Positions 1-10,075 of a DNA stretch of 64,000 nucleotides are shown here, piece by piece. The notes beneath the pieces were generated by a model. It was not told where the DNA came from. It searched no databases and saw only the letters and a program-made list of their open reading frames with translations. How positions within the stretch are numbered: the stretch's first letter is position 1; each line of letters starts with the position of its first letter. The position numbers and the translations under genes were made by a program. This stretch comes from an uncultured Oligoflexales bacterium (GTDB taxonomy: Bacteria > Bdellovibrionota_B > Oligoflexia > Oligoflexales > CAZZCU01), in the NCBI GenBank assembly GCA_964652825.1, contig CAZZCU010000002.1:33369-97368 (forward strand), written 5' to 3'.

Positions 1-187
1 TTCTCTCCGCACCCAGAATAAAAAACGCGATCCCAAAAATCAAAAATAAGCGATCATGAGTCTGTCGCCAAAAACGGATGAAAAACAAGCCAATCGCCAG
101 ACAGCAGGTCATCATCGCGCCGCTCATATAAAGCCGCAAAAACCCCTGATCGGAAAATGGCGCAAATAATTGCAGTAACTCGCTCAT
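1..187 (-). CDS. small integral membrane protein, DUF5985-like (C-terminus cut by window edge)
   Basis: Not in the ORF track because it runs off the edge. The start is ATG (rc) at 187-185. It translates to MSELLQLFAPFSDQGFLRLYMSGAMMTCCLAIGLFFIRFWRQTHDRLFLIFGIAFFILGAER... It is hydrophobic and helical, similar in style to the 200..469 ORF, and lies 12 nt downstream of it. Confidence 0.45.
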   Translation of the reverse strand, partial: MSELLQLFAPFSDQGFLRLYMSGAMMTCCLAIGLFFIRFWRQTHDRLFLIFGIAFFILGAER

Positions 188-199
188 ATCCCCACCTTT

Positions 200-469
200 T
201 TACACCGGGTCCCAGATCAGGCCAAACAGCATCACCGCGACGCTCGCAAAAGCCACCACCGACCGTACCCCGGACAAGTTGATATCCGGGCCAGGCACAA
301 TCACCAAATCGACAAATAACAACACATTATTCGCGGCCAAACCAATGAAGCAGACTGAACTCCACAGCAAAACACTGGTCTTGCTATTACAAAATGCCCG
401 AAACAAAAGATACGCACAGAGAAGACTGGTGATCGCACATAAAGCATAAACAATACTCGCACTTGCCAT
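200..469 (-). CDS. small integral membrane protein, DUF5985-like (89 aa, about 3 TM helices)
   Basis: 89-aa ORF with three hydrophobic stretches. It starts 2 nt after the upstream ORF stop. The family name is assigned from memory of similar ~90-aa proteins, not from a search. Confidence 0.5.
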   Translation of the reverse strand: MASASIVYALCAITSLLCAYLLFRAFCNSKTSVLLWSSVCFIGLAANNVLLFVDLVIVPGPDINLSGVRSVVAFASVAVMLFGLIWDPV

Positions 470-471
470 GA

Positions 472-885
472 CTAATCCTTCCGAAAGCGAAACGCCTCGG
501 CAAACGTTTGAATCGTTTGGCGAGGACGCGAAAATATCAATTCAATAAAAGACACGCGTTTTTCCGCATAGCAGCGAGCAACATCATCAATCAGCGAAAT
601 CAAATCATTATCCGACGGCATATATTGATACAAAGCTTCTTTGTCCGTCGCCGAGACATGAACGAGGAGATTTTTGGCAACTAAAACACTGACTCGGTTT
701 TCGACCGAGGAAGGATTAGTTCTGAGTTCATCACTGATTCTTTGGACCGTCCATTGCTCTGCGGGGTATTTGCGCAGCAACAATAAAACTTCCAGTAGTT
801 CCACCGAATCAATATGATCCAGCACGAACTCGCGAACAGCTCTTGGGATATTTTCGACTCTCAACTCATCGATCCCTAATGACAA
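472..885 (-). CDS. hypothetical protein, possible winged-helix (MarR/ArsR-like) fold
   Basis: 137-aa ORF lying 3 nt downstream of the hybrid kinase. The segment WTVQRISDELRTNPSSVENRVSVLVAKNLL resembles a wHTH recognition helix plus wing. Confidence 0.4.
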   Translation of the reverse strand: MSLGIDELRVENIPRAVREFVLDHIDSVELLEVLLLLRKYPAEQWTVQRISDELRTNPSSVENRVSVLVAKNLLVHVSATDKEALYQYMPSDNDLISLIDDVARCYAEKRVSFIELIFSRPRQTIQTFAEAFRFRKD

Positions 886-888
886 AAA

Positions 889-3504
889 TTAATGGTACTC
901 GATCCCTTCCGATCCTGTACCATGACCCGCCAGAGTCGCAACCGATTTAACTAACTCATTAAACTTAACGGGCTTAGCGAGATAAGCATCAAAACCGGCG
1001 GCAATGACTTTATTGCGACTTGATCTGCCCACATGCGCGGTAATCGCCGCCATTGGTACATGCGCAAAACCCTCTTCTTCTTCGATGCGACGCACTTCAT
1101 GCAACAGGTCATAACCATCCTGATGCGGCATACCGATATCGCTGAGAATCACATCCGGCCGCCGACTGCGACATAAATCGATCGCCTCCTTGACCGATTC
1201 GGCCTTGTTGACGGTCGCACCGTGCCGGTTCAAAACCGCGCCAATGAGCGTACGAGAATCTTCCTGATCGTCAACGACCAACACCATCAAACCGTTGAGT
1301 GAAGGCAGACGTTTATCCGCCTGCTCCATATTAGCCGAGTCCGCTGACGAGATAACCTTTTCGCCTGCTTCCCTATTCGGTCGATAAGGAATCGTAACGG
1401 TAAAAGTCGAGCCAAGATTGGGACCGTCGCTCTCAGCCATGACTTGCCCGCCATGCAGCTCGACCAAGTGCCGCACAATCGCCAGACCAAGTCCAAGCCC
1501 GCCGTATTCGCGGGTGGTTGTACCATCAACTTGAATAAAACGCTCAAAGATACGAGGAATAAAATCGGCCTGCAAGCCAACCCCGTCATCTCTAACCGAC
1601 AGGACGACATGATTATCCTGATCTTTATGCAATGAGACCTCCACATGACCGCCACGCGGCGTAAACTTAATGGCGTTACTTACCAAATTCCAAGCAATCT
1701 GCTGCAAGCGCGCTGGGTCTACCATCATCTCCACCAAATCAGGAGCAACATCACAAGTCAGCGTAATTTCCTTGCTGTTGGCGGCCGGTAACACCGAGTC
1801 CACGGCGGCACGAATCAACGGCGCCAACTCGGTTTTCTGAATATTTAACAAAATTTTCCCGGAAATAATGCGTGAAACATCCAACAAATCCTCAACGAGA
1901 ATCGCTAACGATTTGGCATTGCGACGTATTGTCTCCAGGCAGTGCGACGTATCCTCGTCGTATTGGTTTTCGAGCAATAAATCAGCCCAGCCCAATACGG
2001 CGCTAAGCGGCGTACGTAATTCATGGGAAACTGTCGCCAGAAACTCGTCTTTCAGACGATTGGAATCCTGCGCGATTTTATAGAGACGGGCGTTATCGAT
2101 CGCCAAAGCCACGTGACGCGACAACTCCACCACCAGATTAACATCACTATCCTCAAAAGACTGATTGACATTGCTCGATACCAAGGTCATGGCCCCAATC
2201 ACTTGACCACGCACTGCAATCGGCGCAGAAATCAGCGAGCGTATCCCCAGTTGTTGTAACAAGGCCAGGTATTCTGGTGTCGGCGCTAAGTCATTCAAAA
2301 TATCGGCTGTCACATGCGGCAGCAGGACTGGAGCGCCAGAATCAAAAACCAGATAACCGCCATCGCCGCCAAGCACGTCATCAATGGGAATACTCTTCAT
2401 GACATTGGTCAGATGTTGACACGAAGGATCAGCATGAACAACTTTCAATCGCCGAAATTTGCCGAGCATATCTTTCACATCGATGACACACCAGTCGGCA
2501 ATTTTAGGTACAAGTAATTTAGCGACGGATTTTAAAATCGTCATGTAGTCCAACGACGAAGCCAATGTCTTACCGGCCTGCGCAAGGAAACTCTCACGTT
2601 CCTCAGCTTCTTTTTGTGTATGAATGTCGGTCCAGGTACCAAGCCAGGCAATGATGTTACCATCAGCATCGCGCTCGGGCACGGCTCGACAAAGATACCA
2701 GCGATAATTGTAAGTATTGAGTTTCTTGAGACGGCATTGGCATTCAAAAGCCTCACCGCTAATTAAGGATTGTTCCCAGATCTCGCTAAATCGCAAAAAA
2801 TCTTCGGGATGAAATGCAAATCGATAAAAACTCCAACCCTCGTGCGATGATTCAATCTCAACCTCGGGTGTCGCGTCAAATTCGCGCCACTGCGGACCAA
2901 AATATTCGATCTCACCACGCACCGACGCTCGCCAGACGATCTGTGGAATCGATTCTGCAAGTTTACGATAACGCCGATCACTGATTTCCTTGATTTTGAG
3001 TATCTGTAATTCTTTTTCGCGAGCCTCACTCTCACGCAACAAAACGGCCTGCTGGGCAAGCTGACGATTTAAACGAAACAGCTCAACAAACACCTGGACC
3101 TTTGCTGAGACAATGGCGGGCTCAAGAGGTTTGGAAATATAATCAACAGCACCAACATCGTAGCCACGAGTGACATACTTGGCATCCTTGGCGATCGCAG
3201 TGAGAAAGATAATCGGCGTGTAACGGGTTTTACGGCGTCGGCGTAACAAAGTCGCCAACTCGAAGCCATCAATATCCGGCATCATCACGTCAAGCAGAAC
3301 AACCGCAAACTCGTGCTCCAGCAGCAGCTTTAACGCCTGCTTGCCAGATGTGCATTTCACCAGATTATAGTCATCGCGGGCCAGTATTGCTTCCAGTGCA
3401 ATCAGATTTTCATCGTGATCATCAACCAGAAGAATACTGACCGGCTCATTTTTCTGCACAAAGTCACCTAGTATCAATGAGTCAGCTGAGGCACAACATC
3501 GCAA
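889..3504 (-). CDS. hybrid sensor histidine kinase/response regulator (REC-PAS-GAF-HisKA-HATPase-REC)
   Basis: N-terminal receiver ([11 protein letters not shown]...[12 protein letters not shown]). H-box [14 protein letters not shown] and G boxes [24 protein letters not shown]-terminal receiver ([10 protein letters not shown]...ILSDIGMP). The start is uncertain. ATG 3504 overlaps the upstream gene by 31 nt. In-frame alternatives are TTG 3477 (TTGA overlap with the upstream stop) and GTG 3456 (preceded by AGGTGA). Confidence 0.9.
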   Translation of the reverse strand: MRCCASADSLILGDFVQKNEPVSILLVDDHDENLIALEAILARDDYNLVKCTSGKQALKLLLEHEFAVVLLDVMMPDIDGFELATLLRRRRKTRYTPIIFLTAIAKDAKYVTRGYDVGAVDYISKPLEPAIVSAKVQVFVELFRLNRQLAQQAVLLRESEAREKELQILKIKEISDRRYRKLAESIPQIVWRASVRGEIEYFGPQWREFDATPEVEIESSHEGWSFYRFAFHPEDFLRFSEIWEQSLISGEAFECQCRLKKLNTYNYRWYLCRAVPERDADGNIIAWLGTWTDIHTQKEAEERESFLAQAGKTLASSLDYMTILKSVAKLLVPKIADWCVIDVKDMLGKFRRLKVVHADPSCQHLTNVMKSIPIDDVLGGDGGYLVFDSGAPVLLPHVTADILNDLAPTPEYLALLQQLGIRSLISAPIAVRGQVIGAMTLVSSNVNQSFEDSDVNLVVELSRHVALAIDNARLYKIAQDSNRLKDEFLATVSHELRTPLSAVLGWADLLLENQYDEDTSHCLETIRRNAKSLAILVEDLLDVSRIISGKILLNIQKTELAPLIRAAVDSVLPAANSKEITLTCDVAPDLVEMMVDPARLQQIAWNLVSNAIKFTPRGGHVEVSLHKDQDNHVVLSVRDDGVGLQADFIPRIFERFIQVDGTTTREYGGLGLGLAIVRHLVELHGGQVMAESDGPNLGSTFTVTIPYRPNREAGEKVISSADSANMEQADKRLPSLNGLMVLVVDDQEDSRTLIGAVLNRHGATVNKAESVKEAIDLCRSRRPDVILSDIGMPHQDGYDLLHEVRRIEEEEGFAHVPMAAITAHVGRSSRNKVIAAGFDAYLAKPVKFNELVKSVATLAGHGTGSEGIEYH

Positions 3505-6500
3505 GGCGGTGCGACGACGGCATTGATCATGCCACCGTCACTATCCGATCTTTTTTCCTGTGACAACCATCGATTCATCATCGACAACAACCGATCCGGA
3601 TCCACGGGCTTGGTAATATAATCAGATGCACCTGCTTCAAGACATTTTTCCCGATCACCTTTCATTGCCTTAGCCGTGAGAGAAATGATCGGTAGCTCAC
3701 GAAATCTCGGCTCCGAGCGAATAGCCTGCATGGCTTGAATACCATCCATACCAGGCATCATTGTATCCATCAGCACCAAGTCAACATCGGGATGATGCTC
3801 AAGCATATCGACACATTCCCTGCCATTTTCAGCATAAATGACCTGCATTTTATGCGATTCCAGAACACTGGTGATGGCAAAGATATTACGCATATCATCA
3901 TCAACAACTAATATTTTCTTGCCGGAAAAATCGACCCCATGCGGCAGTACTGACAAATCCTCACTAGGCTCCAGCGGCACGTCGTCGGACGTATTACTGC
4001 TGGTTGCGCCACTATAATTACGCGGCAGATACAGGGTAAAAGTACTACCCTCGCCGGTAACACTTTCCACTTCGATAAAACCACCCAACAGCCGCGCGAT
4101 CTCGCGACTAATGGTCAACCCCAGCCCCGTGCCGCCATACTTGCGATTGGTGGTACCATCAGCTTGCTGAAACGCCTCGAAGATAAGTTTTTGCTTATCG
4201 GAAGGAATTCCAATACCGGTATCACTGACCGAAAAAGCCAGGTATGTCTGACCACGCGCCACAGATTCGGCTCCGAAGATTTCCATTTTATCGGCGATAC
4301 CCACCCGCATAAATACCTGGCCACGAGCGGTAAACTTGAAGGCATTCGACAGAAGATTTTTGAGAATCTGCTGCAACCGATTGGAGTCGGTATACATTTT
4401 CGTCGGTAAGCGCGCATCAAGCTCGATATGGAAAGCCAAACCTTTGTGTTCAGCTACTGGCCTGAAGCTTTGCTCAAGATATTCCCGTACTTCGGCCAAA
4501 CGCAAATCCTGCGGATTAATCTGCATTTTACCCGCCTCAACTTTGGACAAGTCGAGAATCTCGTTGATCAAGGCCAAAAGATCGCAACCCGCCGAGTACA
4601 CGGTTTTGGCGAACTTCACCTGATCAGGATTGAGATTCTCTTCTTTGTTTTCCGCCAGCATCTTCGACAGTATCAGCAAGCTGTTCAGCGGCGTGCGCAG
4701 TTCATGCGACATGTTGGCGAGAAATTCCGATTTGTATTTGGAGATAAGCGACAGCTGCTCGGCTTTTTCTTCGAGCGACTGACTCGCCAACTCGACCTCT
4801 TGGTTTTTGACTTCGAGAAGTTTCGCTTTTTCTTCCAGCTCTTTTGCTTGTGCTTCGAGCTCGGCGTTAGATCGTTTCAGCTCCTGAAGAAGTTCTTCCG
4901 TACGCATGCTGGACGAAATCATGTTGAGAATAACGCCGATGCTATCCATCAACTGATCGAGGAAGTTCAAAGAGTTCAGACTGAACGGTCGGAACGAGGC
5001 CAACTCAATGACGGCTTTCAACTCACCCTCGAACAACACCGGTAACAGAATGATATTGAGTGGTTTGGATTCGCCGAGACTGGAGCTGACATGAATATAG
5101 TCGGTAGGCACATTGGTCAGAAGAATGCGTTTCTTTTCAAAAGCACATTGACCGATGAGACCTTCTTTAAGCTTGTAGCGGTTGGCAACGTTCTTTCTCT
5201 CGGTAAAGGCAAAGCTGGCGATCAAGTTCAACACTACATCGGACTTCTCGGCTTCGACCATGAAGAAGGTTCCGTGCTGCGCATCCACCAGCGGCGTCAA
5301 CTCCGACATGATTAACTGTGCCACGGCGGTGATACTGCGTTGCCCCTGCATCATCTCGGTGAATTTTGCCAAGTTGGTTTTGAGCCAATCTTGTTCGGTA
5401 TTTTTCTGCGTGGTATCTTTGAGATTACCAATCATCTGGTTGATATTATCTTTGAGCGCCGCGACCTCGCCCTGGGCTTCCACGGTAATGGAACGTGTCA
5501 AATCACCTTTGGTTACAGCAGTGGATACTTCGGCAATCGCACGTACCTGTGAGGTCAAGTTGCCTGCAAGCTGGTTCACGTTATCAGTCAAGTCTTTCCA
5601 GGTACCAGATGCGCCAGGAACTTTTGCCTGCCCGCCTAGTTTCCCTTCGATACCTACTTCGCGTGCCACCGTGGTTACCTGATCGGCAAAGGTCCGCAGG
5701 GTGTCGGTCATACTGTTGATCGTTTCCGCGAGTGCAGCCACCTCACCTTTGGCTTCCAAAACGAATTTTTGACTCAGATCACCGTTAGCAACCGCGGTCA
5801 CGACTTTGATAATACCGCGCACCTGGGTCGTCAGGTTACCGGCCATGAAGTTCACGTTATCGGTGAGATCCTTCCAGGTACCGGCTACACCTGGTACACG
5901 CGCTTGCGCACCGAGTTTGCCCTCGATACCTACCTCGCGTGCAACGGTGGTTACCTGATCGGCAAAGGTCCGCAAGGTATCGATCATGCTGTTGATCGTT
6001 TCCGCGAGCGCGGCCACCTCACCCTTCGCCTCAAGAACAAATTTCTGATTTAAGTCGCCGTTCGCGACGGCGGTTACGACGCGTACGATACCGCGTACCT
6101 GTTTGGTCAAATTACCGGCCATGAAGTTCACGTTGTCGGTGAGGTCCTTCCAGGTACCGGACACCCCTTGTACTTCGGCCTGACCACCGAGTTTTCCTTC
6201 CGTACCTACTTCTTTCGCCACCCGCGTTACCTCGGCGGCAAAGGAGTTTAACTGGTCCACCATGGTGTTAATGGTATTTTTGAGTTCGAGAATCTCGCCA
6301 CGCGCATCTACAGTAATCTTTTGCGACAAGTCGCCGTTCGCTACTGCCGTGGTTACCTTGGCGATGTTACGTACCTGTGCTGTCAGATTACCGGCCAGAC
6401 CGTTCACATTATCGGTAAGATCTTTCCAGGTTCCGGATACACCTTTTACTTCGGCCTGACCGCCGAGTTTACCTTCCGTACCTACTTCTTTCGCCACCCG

Positions 6501-7937
6501 CGTCACCTCGGCAGCGAAGGAGCGCAGCGTATCCACCATGGTGTTGATGGTGTCTTTGAGTTCGAGAATCTCACCACGCGCATCTACAGTAATCTTTTGC
6601 GACAAGTCGCCGTTTGCTACCGCGGTCGTTACCTTGGCGATGTTACGTACCTGCGCCGTCAGATTACCGGCCAGACCGTTCACGTTGTCGGTAAGGTCTT
6701 TCCAGGTTCCCGACACACCTTTTACATCCGCCTGACCACCGAGTTTACCTTCCGTACCTACTTCTTTTGCCACCCGCGTTACCTCGGCCGCGAAGGAGCG
6801 AAGTTGATCCACCATGACGTTAATGGTGTTTTTAAGTTCAAAAATCTCGCCACGGGCATCGACGGTAATTTTTTGCGACAAGTCGCCGTTCGCCACCGCC
6901 GTGGTTACCTTGGCGATGTTACGTACCTGAACAGTCAGGTTGTTTGCCAAGCCGTTCACGTTGTCGGTCAAGTCTTTCCAGATACCGGACACGCCCTTCA
7001 CATCGGCCTGACCGCCCAGGCGACCTTCTGTACCTACTTCTTTTGCTACCCGCGTTACCTCGGCGGCAAACGATGACAACTGGTCCACCATGACGTTCAC
7101 GGTGTTTTTGAGTTCGTAAACTTCGCCTTTGGCATCAACAGTGATTTTTTGCGATAAGTCACCGCGCGCTACGGCCGTGGTAACTTTTGCGATATTTCGC
7201 ACCTGATCGGTAAGATTACCGGCGAGACCATTCACATTGTCGGTCAGATCGCGCCAGACGCCGGAAGCACCCCGCACATCCGCCTGCCCGCCCAACTTAC
7301 CTTCCGTACCTACTTCCTTGGCAACCCGGGTCACCTCAGAAGCAAAGGAATTCAACTGATCCACCATGGCGTTCACGGTTGTACCAATCCTAAAAAACTC
7401 GCCTTTCACCGGGCGACCATCAATCTCCAGCGACATCTTCTGCGACAAATCGCCTTTAGCTACCGAGGTAATAACGCGCGCGACTTCGTTGGTTGGTTGC
7501 ACAAGATCGCCGATCAGCGAGTTCACCGAATTGATACTGGTGGCCCATGATCCCTTGACGGAACTGATGGAGGCGCGCTCCGTCATCCGTCCTTCCTGAC
7601 CAACGATGCAACTGACCCGCTTAAATTCATTCGCCATGTTTTCGTTGAGTTCAATAATATCGTTCAGAACTTCACCGATCTCACCAACAACCCCTTCATC
7701 AATAACCGGCGCCCGCACCGAGAAATCGCCCTGGCGTACAGCTTTAACGATCTGCAGCAATTCCTTTAGTTGCAGACGCACGTTGCCAGTCGGTACTGCT
7801 GCTGGCCGCGAGCTGCCTGGCAAGCGTTTATTCATGCGGTTGGAGGAAGACGGGGAAGAATGACTCTGCTTGGTTTTACGAGCAATAGTAGTGTCCACAA
7901 AAACCTCTAATCGTGCGAGTATGGTGTGCGCCAGCAC
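3474..7937 (-). CDS. poly-HAMP / GAF hybrid sensor histidine kinase with C-terminal receiver; no TM segment seen
   Basis: 1487-aa ORF. It has about 9 HAMP-type units ([11 protein letters not shown]..., WKDLTDNVN...) followed by a GAF-like region. H-box [14 protein letters not shown] and G boxes [22 protein letters not shown]. Receiver [10 protein letters not shown]...[12 protein letters not shown]. The ORF-track start at 7937 is GTG. GTG 7898, preceded by AGAGG, is a plausible true start. Confidence 0.9.
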   Translation of the reverse strand: MLAHTILARLEVFVDTTIARKTKQSHSSPSSSNRMNKRLPGSSRPAAVPTGNVRLQLKELLQIVKAVRQGDFSVRAPVIDEGVVGEIGEVLNDIIELNENMANEFKRVSCIVGQEGRMTERASISSVKGSWATSINSVNSLIGDLVQPTNEVARVITSVAKGDLSQKMSLEIDGRPVKGEFFRIGTTVNAMVDQLNSFASEVTRVAKEVGTEGKLGGQADVRGASGVWRDLTDNVNGLAGNLTDQVRNIAKVTTAVARGDLSQKITVDAKGEVYELKNTVNVMVDQLSSFAAEVTRVAKEVGTEGRLGGQADVKGVSGIWKDLTDNVNGLANNLTVQVRNIAKVTTAVANGDLSQKITVDARGEIFELKNTINVMVDQLRSFAAEVTRVAKEVGTEGKLGGQADVKGVSGTWKDLTDNVNGLAGNLTAQVRNIAKVTTAVANGDLSQKITVDARGEILELKDTINTMVDTLRSFAAEVTRVAKEVGTEGKLGGQAEVKGVSGTWKDLTDNVNGLAGNLTAQVRNIAKVTTAVANGDLSQKITVDARGEILELKNTINTMVDQLNSFAAEVTRVAKEVGTEGKLGGQAEVQGVSGTWKDLTDNVNFMAGNLTKQVRGIVRVVTAVANGDLNQKFVLEAKGEVAALAETINSMIDTLRTFADQVTTVAREVGIEGKLGAQARVPGVAGTWKDLTDNVNFMAGNLTTQVRGIIKVVTAVANGDLSQKFVLEAKGEVAALAETINSMTDTLRTFADQVTTVAREVGIEGKLGGQAKVPGASGTWKDLTDNVNQLAGNLTSQVRAIAEVSTAVTKGDLTRSITVEAQGEVAALKDNINQMIGNLKDTTQKNTEQDWLKTNLAKFTEMMQGQRSITAVAQLIMSELTPLVDAQHGTFFMVEAEKSDVVLNLIASFAFTERKNVANRYKLKEGLIGQCAFEKKRILLTNVPTDYIHVSSSLGESKPLNIILLPVLFEGELKAVIELASFRPFSLNSLNFLDQLMDSIGVILNMISSSMRTEELLQELKRSNAELEAQAKELEEKAKLLEVKNQEVELASQSLEEKAEQLSLISKYKSEFLANMSHELRTPLNSLLILSKMLAENKEENLNPDQVKFAKTVYSAGCDLLALINEILDLSKVEAGKMQINPQDLRLAEVREYLEQSFRPVAEHKGLAFHIELDARLPTKMYTDSNRLQQILKNLLSNAFKFTARGQVFMRVGIADKMEIFGAESVARGQTYLAFSVSDTGIGIPSDKQKLIFEAFQQADGTTNRKYGGTGLGLTISREIARLLGGFIEVESVTGEGSTFTLYLPRNYSGATSSNTSDDVPLEPSEDLSVLPHGVDFSGKKILVVDDDMRNIFAITSVLESHKMQVIYAENGRECVDMLEHHPDVDLVLMDTMMPGMDGIQAMQAIRSEPRFRELPIISLTAKAMKGDREKCLEAGASDYITKPVDPDRLLSMMNRWLSQEKRSDSDGGMINAVVAPPCDVVPQLTH
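5403..7547 (-). repeat. intragenic tandem repeat, about eight units of 276 bp (92 aa, di-HAMP unit)
   Basis: The conserved Trp of the unit recurs at residues 131, 228, 320, 412, 504, 596, 688 and 780, a period of 92 aa after the first unit. Opposite-strand shadow ORFs 6262..6459 and 6538..6735 are 64/65 identical and offset by exactly 276 nt. Confidence 0.85.
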
Positions 7938-8232
7938 TTTGCAATGAGCATACCATCACGAATGAGAACACCAAGACATTGAGCTTCAATCTCTCTACGG
8001 ATTTGATTGTTTTTTGAGCAGAATGAAGAATCGTATAAAATCCGAGACAGACTGTATGAAAAATGTTTCAGAGAGTGGGAAGCAAACGCGCTTGGAATTG
8101 GGGACAATTAAATATGCCCATCGGCTGTTCTTTGAGATCGCAATTTGCAACTTCAAATGAATAACCAATTAATTTAATTGATATTTTTAGGATTTACTCC
8201 GATGTCGGAGTTGGGCAACTAATAAATAATAC

Positions 8233-8260
8233 TCAAGTTTTTGGGGATTTATGCCGATAA
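8233..8260 (+). promoter_or_regulatory. candidate sigma-28 (FliA) promoter
   Basis: The sequence is tCAAGTTTt-N11-GCCGATAA, against the consensus TAAAGTTT-N11-GCCGATAA. The -10 element matches perfectly at 8253..8260. It ends 28 nt upstream of the 8288 start. Confidence 0.5.
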
Positions 8261-8287
8261 ATAAATAAAAAATCGTGTGAGATTGCA

Positions 8288-9199
8288 ATGCCAACCATCA
8301 CCTCAGTCATACTCATCGCGGTAGTCACTTTAACAACTACTGCCTGCAAGCCGATGGCAGCAGTCGAATCCAGTTTGGCGGTGGATGAAACGGCGATATC
8401 CGATTGGGGCATACGTCATCTATTTAACGTTGATCGCGACAGCGCTACTTATAAAGATCCCCAATCGACCTATAAGGTGTTTAATCAAACCGAAAAAAAG
8501 TTTTTTCGTACTTTAATTGAGAATCCAGTCTACCGAACAGCTTATGTCGATAGCTTTTCCGAAAATTGCTCATCGGACATGCATTTTGATTGTAAGAGTT
8601 TTGCCAATGCCTCAGCAAAGTACTTGAATGCAAATGGTGTAGATGCGTATCAGGTAGGTATAGCAGGAGAAAAATCAGGCCACGTCATTAACGCTGTATT
8701 TCCACGTGGTGAGGAAAACGGCTTTTTATATGAACCACAAAGCAATCAAATCGTTGCCCGAATCTTTCGCGCCGGAGATAAGCCGCCAAGCGTTAACAGC
8801 TTAAATCATGCTATGGTTCGCAAAGGTCTGGTCAAACAATACGGCGACTCTATCAAAAACCCTCGCATCGACGTCGTCGCCGAGGCCAGCGCACCTATGG
8901 TTGGCGTATTTACCAGCAATGGTCGTTTTGAAAATACTGTTAATAAATTACCTCAAGCCGTCGGTTATGGCAGAGATCTCATACCATTTTATGAACGTGA
9001 GGGGGCCAAAACAGCCTTTGAAGAAGCTACCGGGATTGACACCAAAACCTGGAAGCGCAAAGCCACTAGCAAGGTACCACCATTAGACGCCGCAACCATC
9101 GATGCAAAAACTTTTTATGGTACGATGGCTCCATCGCCACTCCAGAAAAAAGAAGAAGCTAAAAAAACTTCTGCAACCACAACTGTAAAAGAAAAATAA
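8288..9199 (+). CDS. lipoprotein, possible papain/transglutaminase-like cysteine peptidase fold
   Basis: Signal peptide with lipobox (VVTLTTTAC). The segment DCKSFANASAKYL...(about 30 aa)...GHVINAV resembles a Cys...His catalytic pair. GC is visibly lower than in the flanks. Confidence 0.55.
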   Translation: MPTITSVILIAVVTLTTTACKPMAAVESSLAVDETAISDWGIRHLFNVDRDSATYKDPQSTYKVFNQTEKKFFRTLIENPVYRTAYVDSFSENCSSDMHFDCKSFANASAKYLNANGVDAYQVGIAGEKSGHVINAVFPRGEENGFLYEPQSNQIVARIFRAGDKPPSVNSLNHAMVRKGLVKQYGDSIKNPRIDVVAEASAPMVGVFTSNGRFENTVNKLPQAVGYGRDLIPFYEREGAKTAFEEATGIDTKTWKRKATSKVPPLDAATIDAKTFYGTMAPSPLQKKEEAKKTSATTTVKEK

Positions 9200-9201
9200 A
9201 C

Positions 9202-9277
9202 TGGAGCCGCTGAGCGGACTTGAACCGCTGACCTGCTGATTACGAATCAGCTGCTCTACCAACTGAGCTACAACGGC
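9202..9277 (-). tRNA. tRNA-Thr (anticodon CGU), CCA encoded
   Basis: The reverse complement folds as a 76-nt cloverleaf. Acceptor GCCGTTG/CAGCGGC, D-arm GCTC-AGTTGGTA-GAGC, anticodon arm GCTGA-TTCGTAA-TCAGC, T-arm AGCGG-TTCAAGT-CCGCT, discriminator T, then CCA. Confidence 0.93.
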
Positions 9278-9294
9278 AGCATAAGAAGGGCTCC

Positions 9295-9323
9295 ATATTG
9301 GCGGGCGAAGGCCGGCGTGTCAA
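9295..9323 (-). promoter_or_regulatory. candidate sigma-70 promoter for tRNA-Thr
   Basis: On the minus strand the sequence is TTGACA (9323..9318), N17, then CAATAT (9300..9295), about 18 nt upstream of the tRNA 5' end. Confidence 0.35.
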
Positions 9324-9489
9324 GAAGCATCCTACGGTTTTGAGGTTTTTTGCTAGCGATCTAACCCCATAAAAATACAGGAGATGCGGCGGATAATCAG
9401 CGTGCTGCCAGGCGGGACCTAAAGCAAAACCAGGCGACGACCGAAAACTGTTAAGTCCGTCATGGCTTTGCAAAACAAAGGACGCCGAC

Positions 9490-9777
9490 ATGTTAACCGA
9501 ACCAATCGCATTAGAGATGTTTGTCAAGAAAGCTTTCGATAATCCGCAGGTAGCAGCGTTAGTCGCCACCTGGTCGGTTGATTTTGAAGAGCTGCACGAC
9601 GTGATTAGCCGCAACCTGCGCGAGATGGGTTTCTTTCAGGTGAGCGCCAGCCAAACTGCTACGCTCACTCAAGCGGTCATCGAACAAATCCGCTGGTCCC
9701 CCGATGTCCGGCGCTTACTGGAACGCGCCAACAACGTCGAGCAGCAGCGCCTGCGCACCCGCCACCGCGAAGTTTAA
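9490..9777 (+). CDS. hypothetical protein (95 aa)
   Basis: ORF with AAGGA about 9 nt upstream. I recognise no motif. Confidence 0.4.
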   Translation: MLTEPIALEMFVKKAFDNPQVAALVATWSVDFEELHDVISRNLREMGFFQVSASQTATLTQAVIEQIRWSPDVRRLLERANNVEQQRLRTRHREV

Positions 9778-9794
9778 ACTCGCCAGCAACACTT

Positions 9795-10019
9795 TTATAA
9801 TTCGCGCGTCGTTAAACTAAGCGCGTGAATCTCTCGATACATCCATTCGCCGAGTGCTTTATAAACTTGTTGATGCTGCTGCACCAAACTTAAACCGGTA
9901 AAAACTTTTGATTCAATAAGCAACTGCCAGTGATCGCCGCCACCGGTCATATCACTGAGTCGGATCTTGGCATCCGGAAAATGTTGTAGCAAGCGAGCTT
10001 CTATATCTTTCGCGTTCAT
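9795..10019 (-). CDS. BolA family protein
   Basis: 74 aa. The pattern ...GGGDHWQLLIES..F.G.S.VQQHQ.VY.AL......IHALSL is typical of BolA/IbaG proteins. Confidence 0.8.
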   Translation of the reverse strand: MNAKDIEARLLQHFPDAKIRLSDMTGGGDHWQLLIESKVFTGLSLVQQHQQVYKALGEWMYREIHALSLTTREL

Positions 10020-10075
10020 CCTCGTTTATCCTCCGTATGTTAGTTACATAAGCGAAAAGAACAAAGAAACCAACC

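Noticed and set aside
4288-4295. Reverse-strand copies of GCCGATAA occur at 4288, 14185 and 39922.
   Set aside because: All three lie inside coding sequences, have no TAAA-type -35 element at the right spacing, and have no gene start downstream. I treat them as chance occurrences.
4115-7863. There are many plus-strand ORFs of 60-250 aa antisense to the poly-HAMP kinase, including near-identical pairs such as 6262..6459 and 6538..6735.
   Set aside because: These are shadow ORFs of a long, repeat-rich minus-strand gene. Their repetition simply mirrors the 276-nt HAMP repeat. Their compositions are Arg/Ser/Thr-rich and not protein-like, and none has a Shine-Dalgarno.
7938-9277. I considered whether this is a genomic island inserted at tRNA-Thr.
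   Set aside because: GC is lower here and the region is adjacent to the tRNA 3' end. However, there is no integrase, no mobility gene and no direct repeat of the tRNA 3' end that I could find. The evidence is insufficient to call a mobile element.
9240-9614. A 124-aa minus-strand ORF.
   Set aside because: It overlaps the tRNA-Thr gene and its promoter, and its composition is implausible. The tRNA call explains this region.
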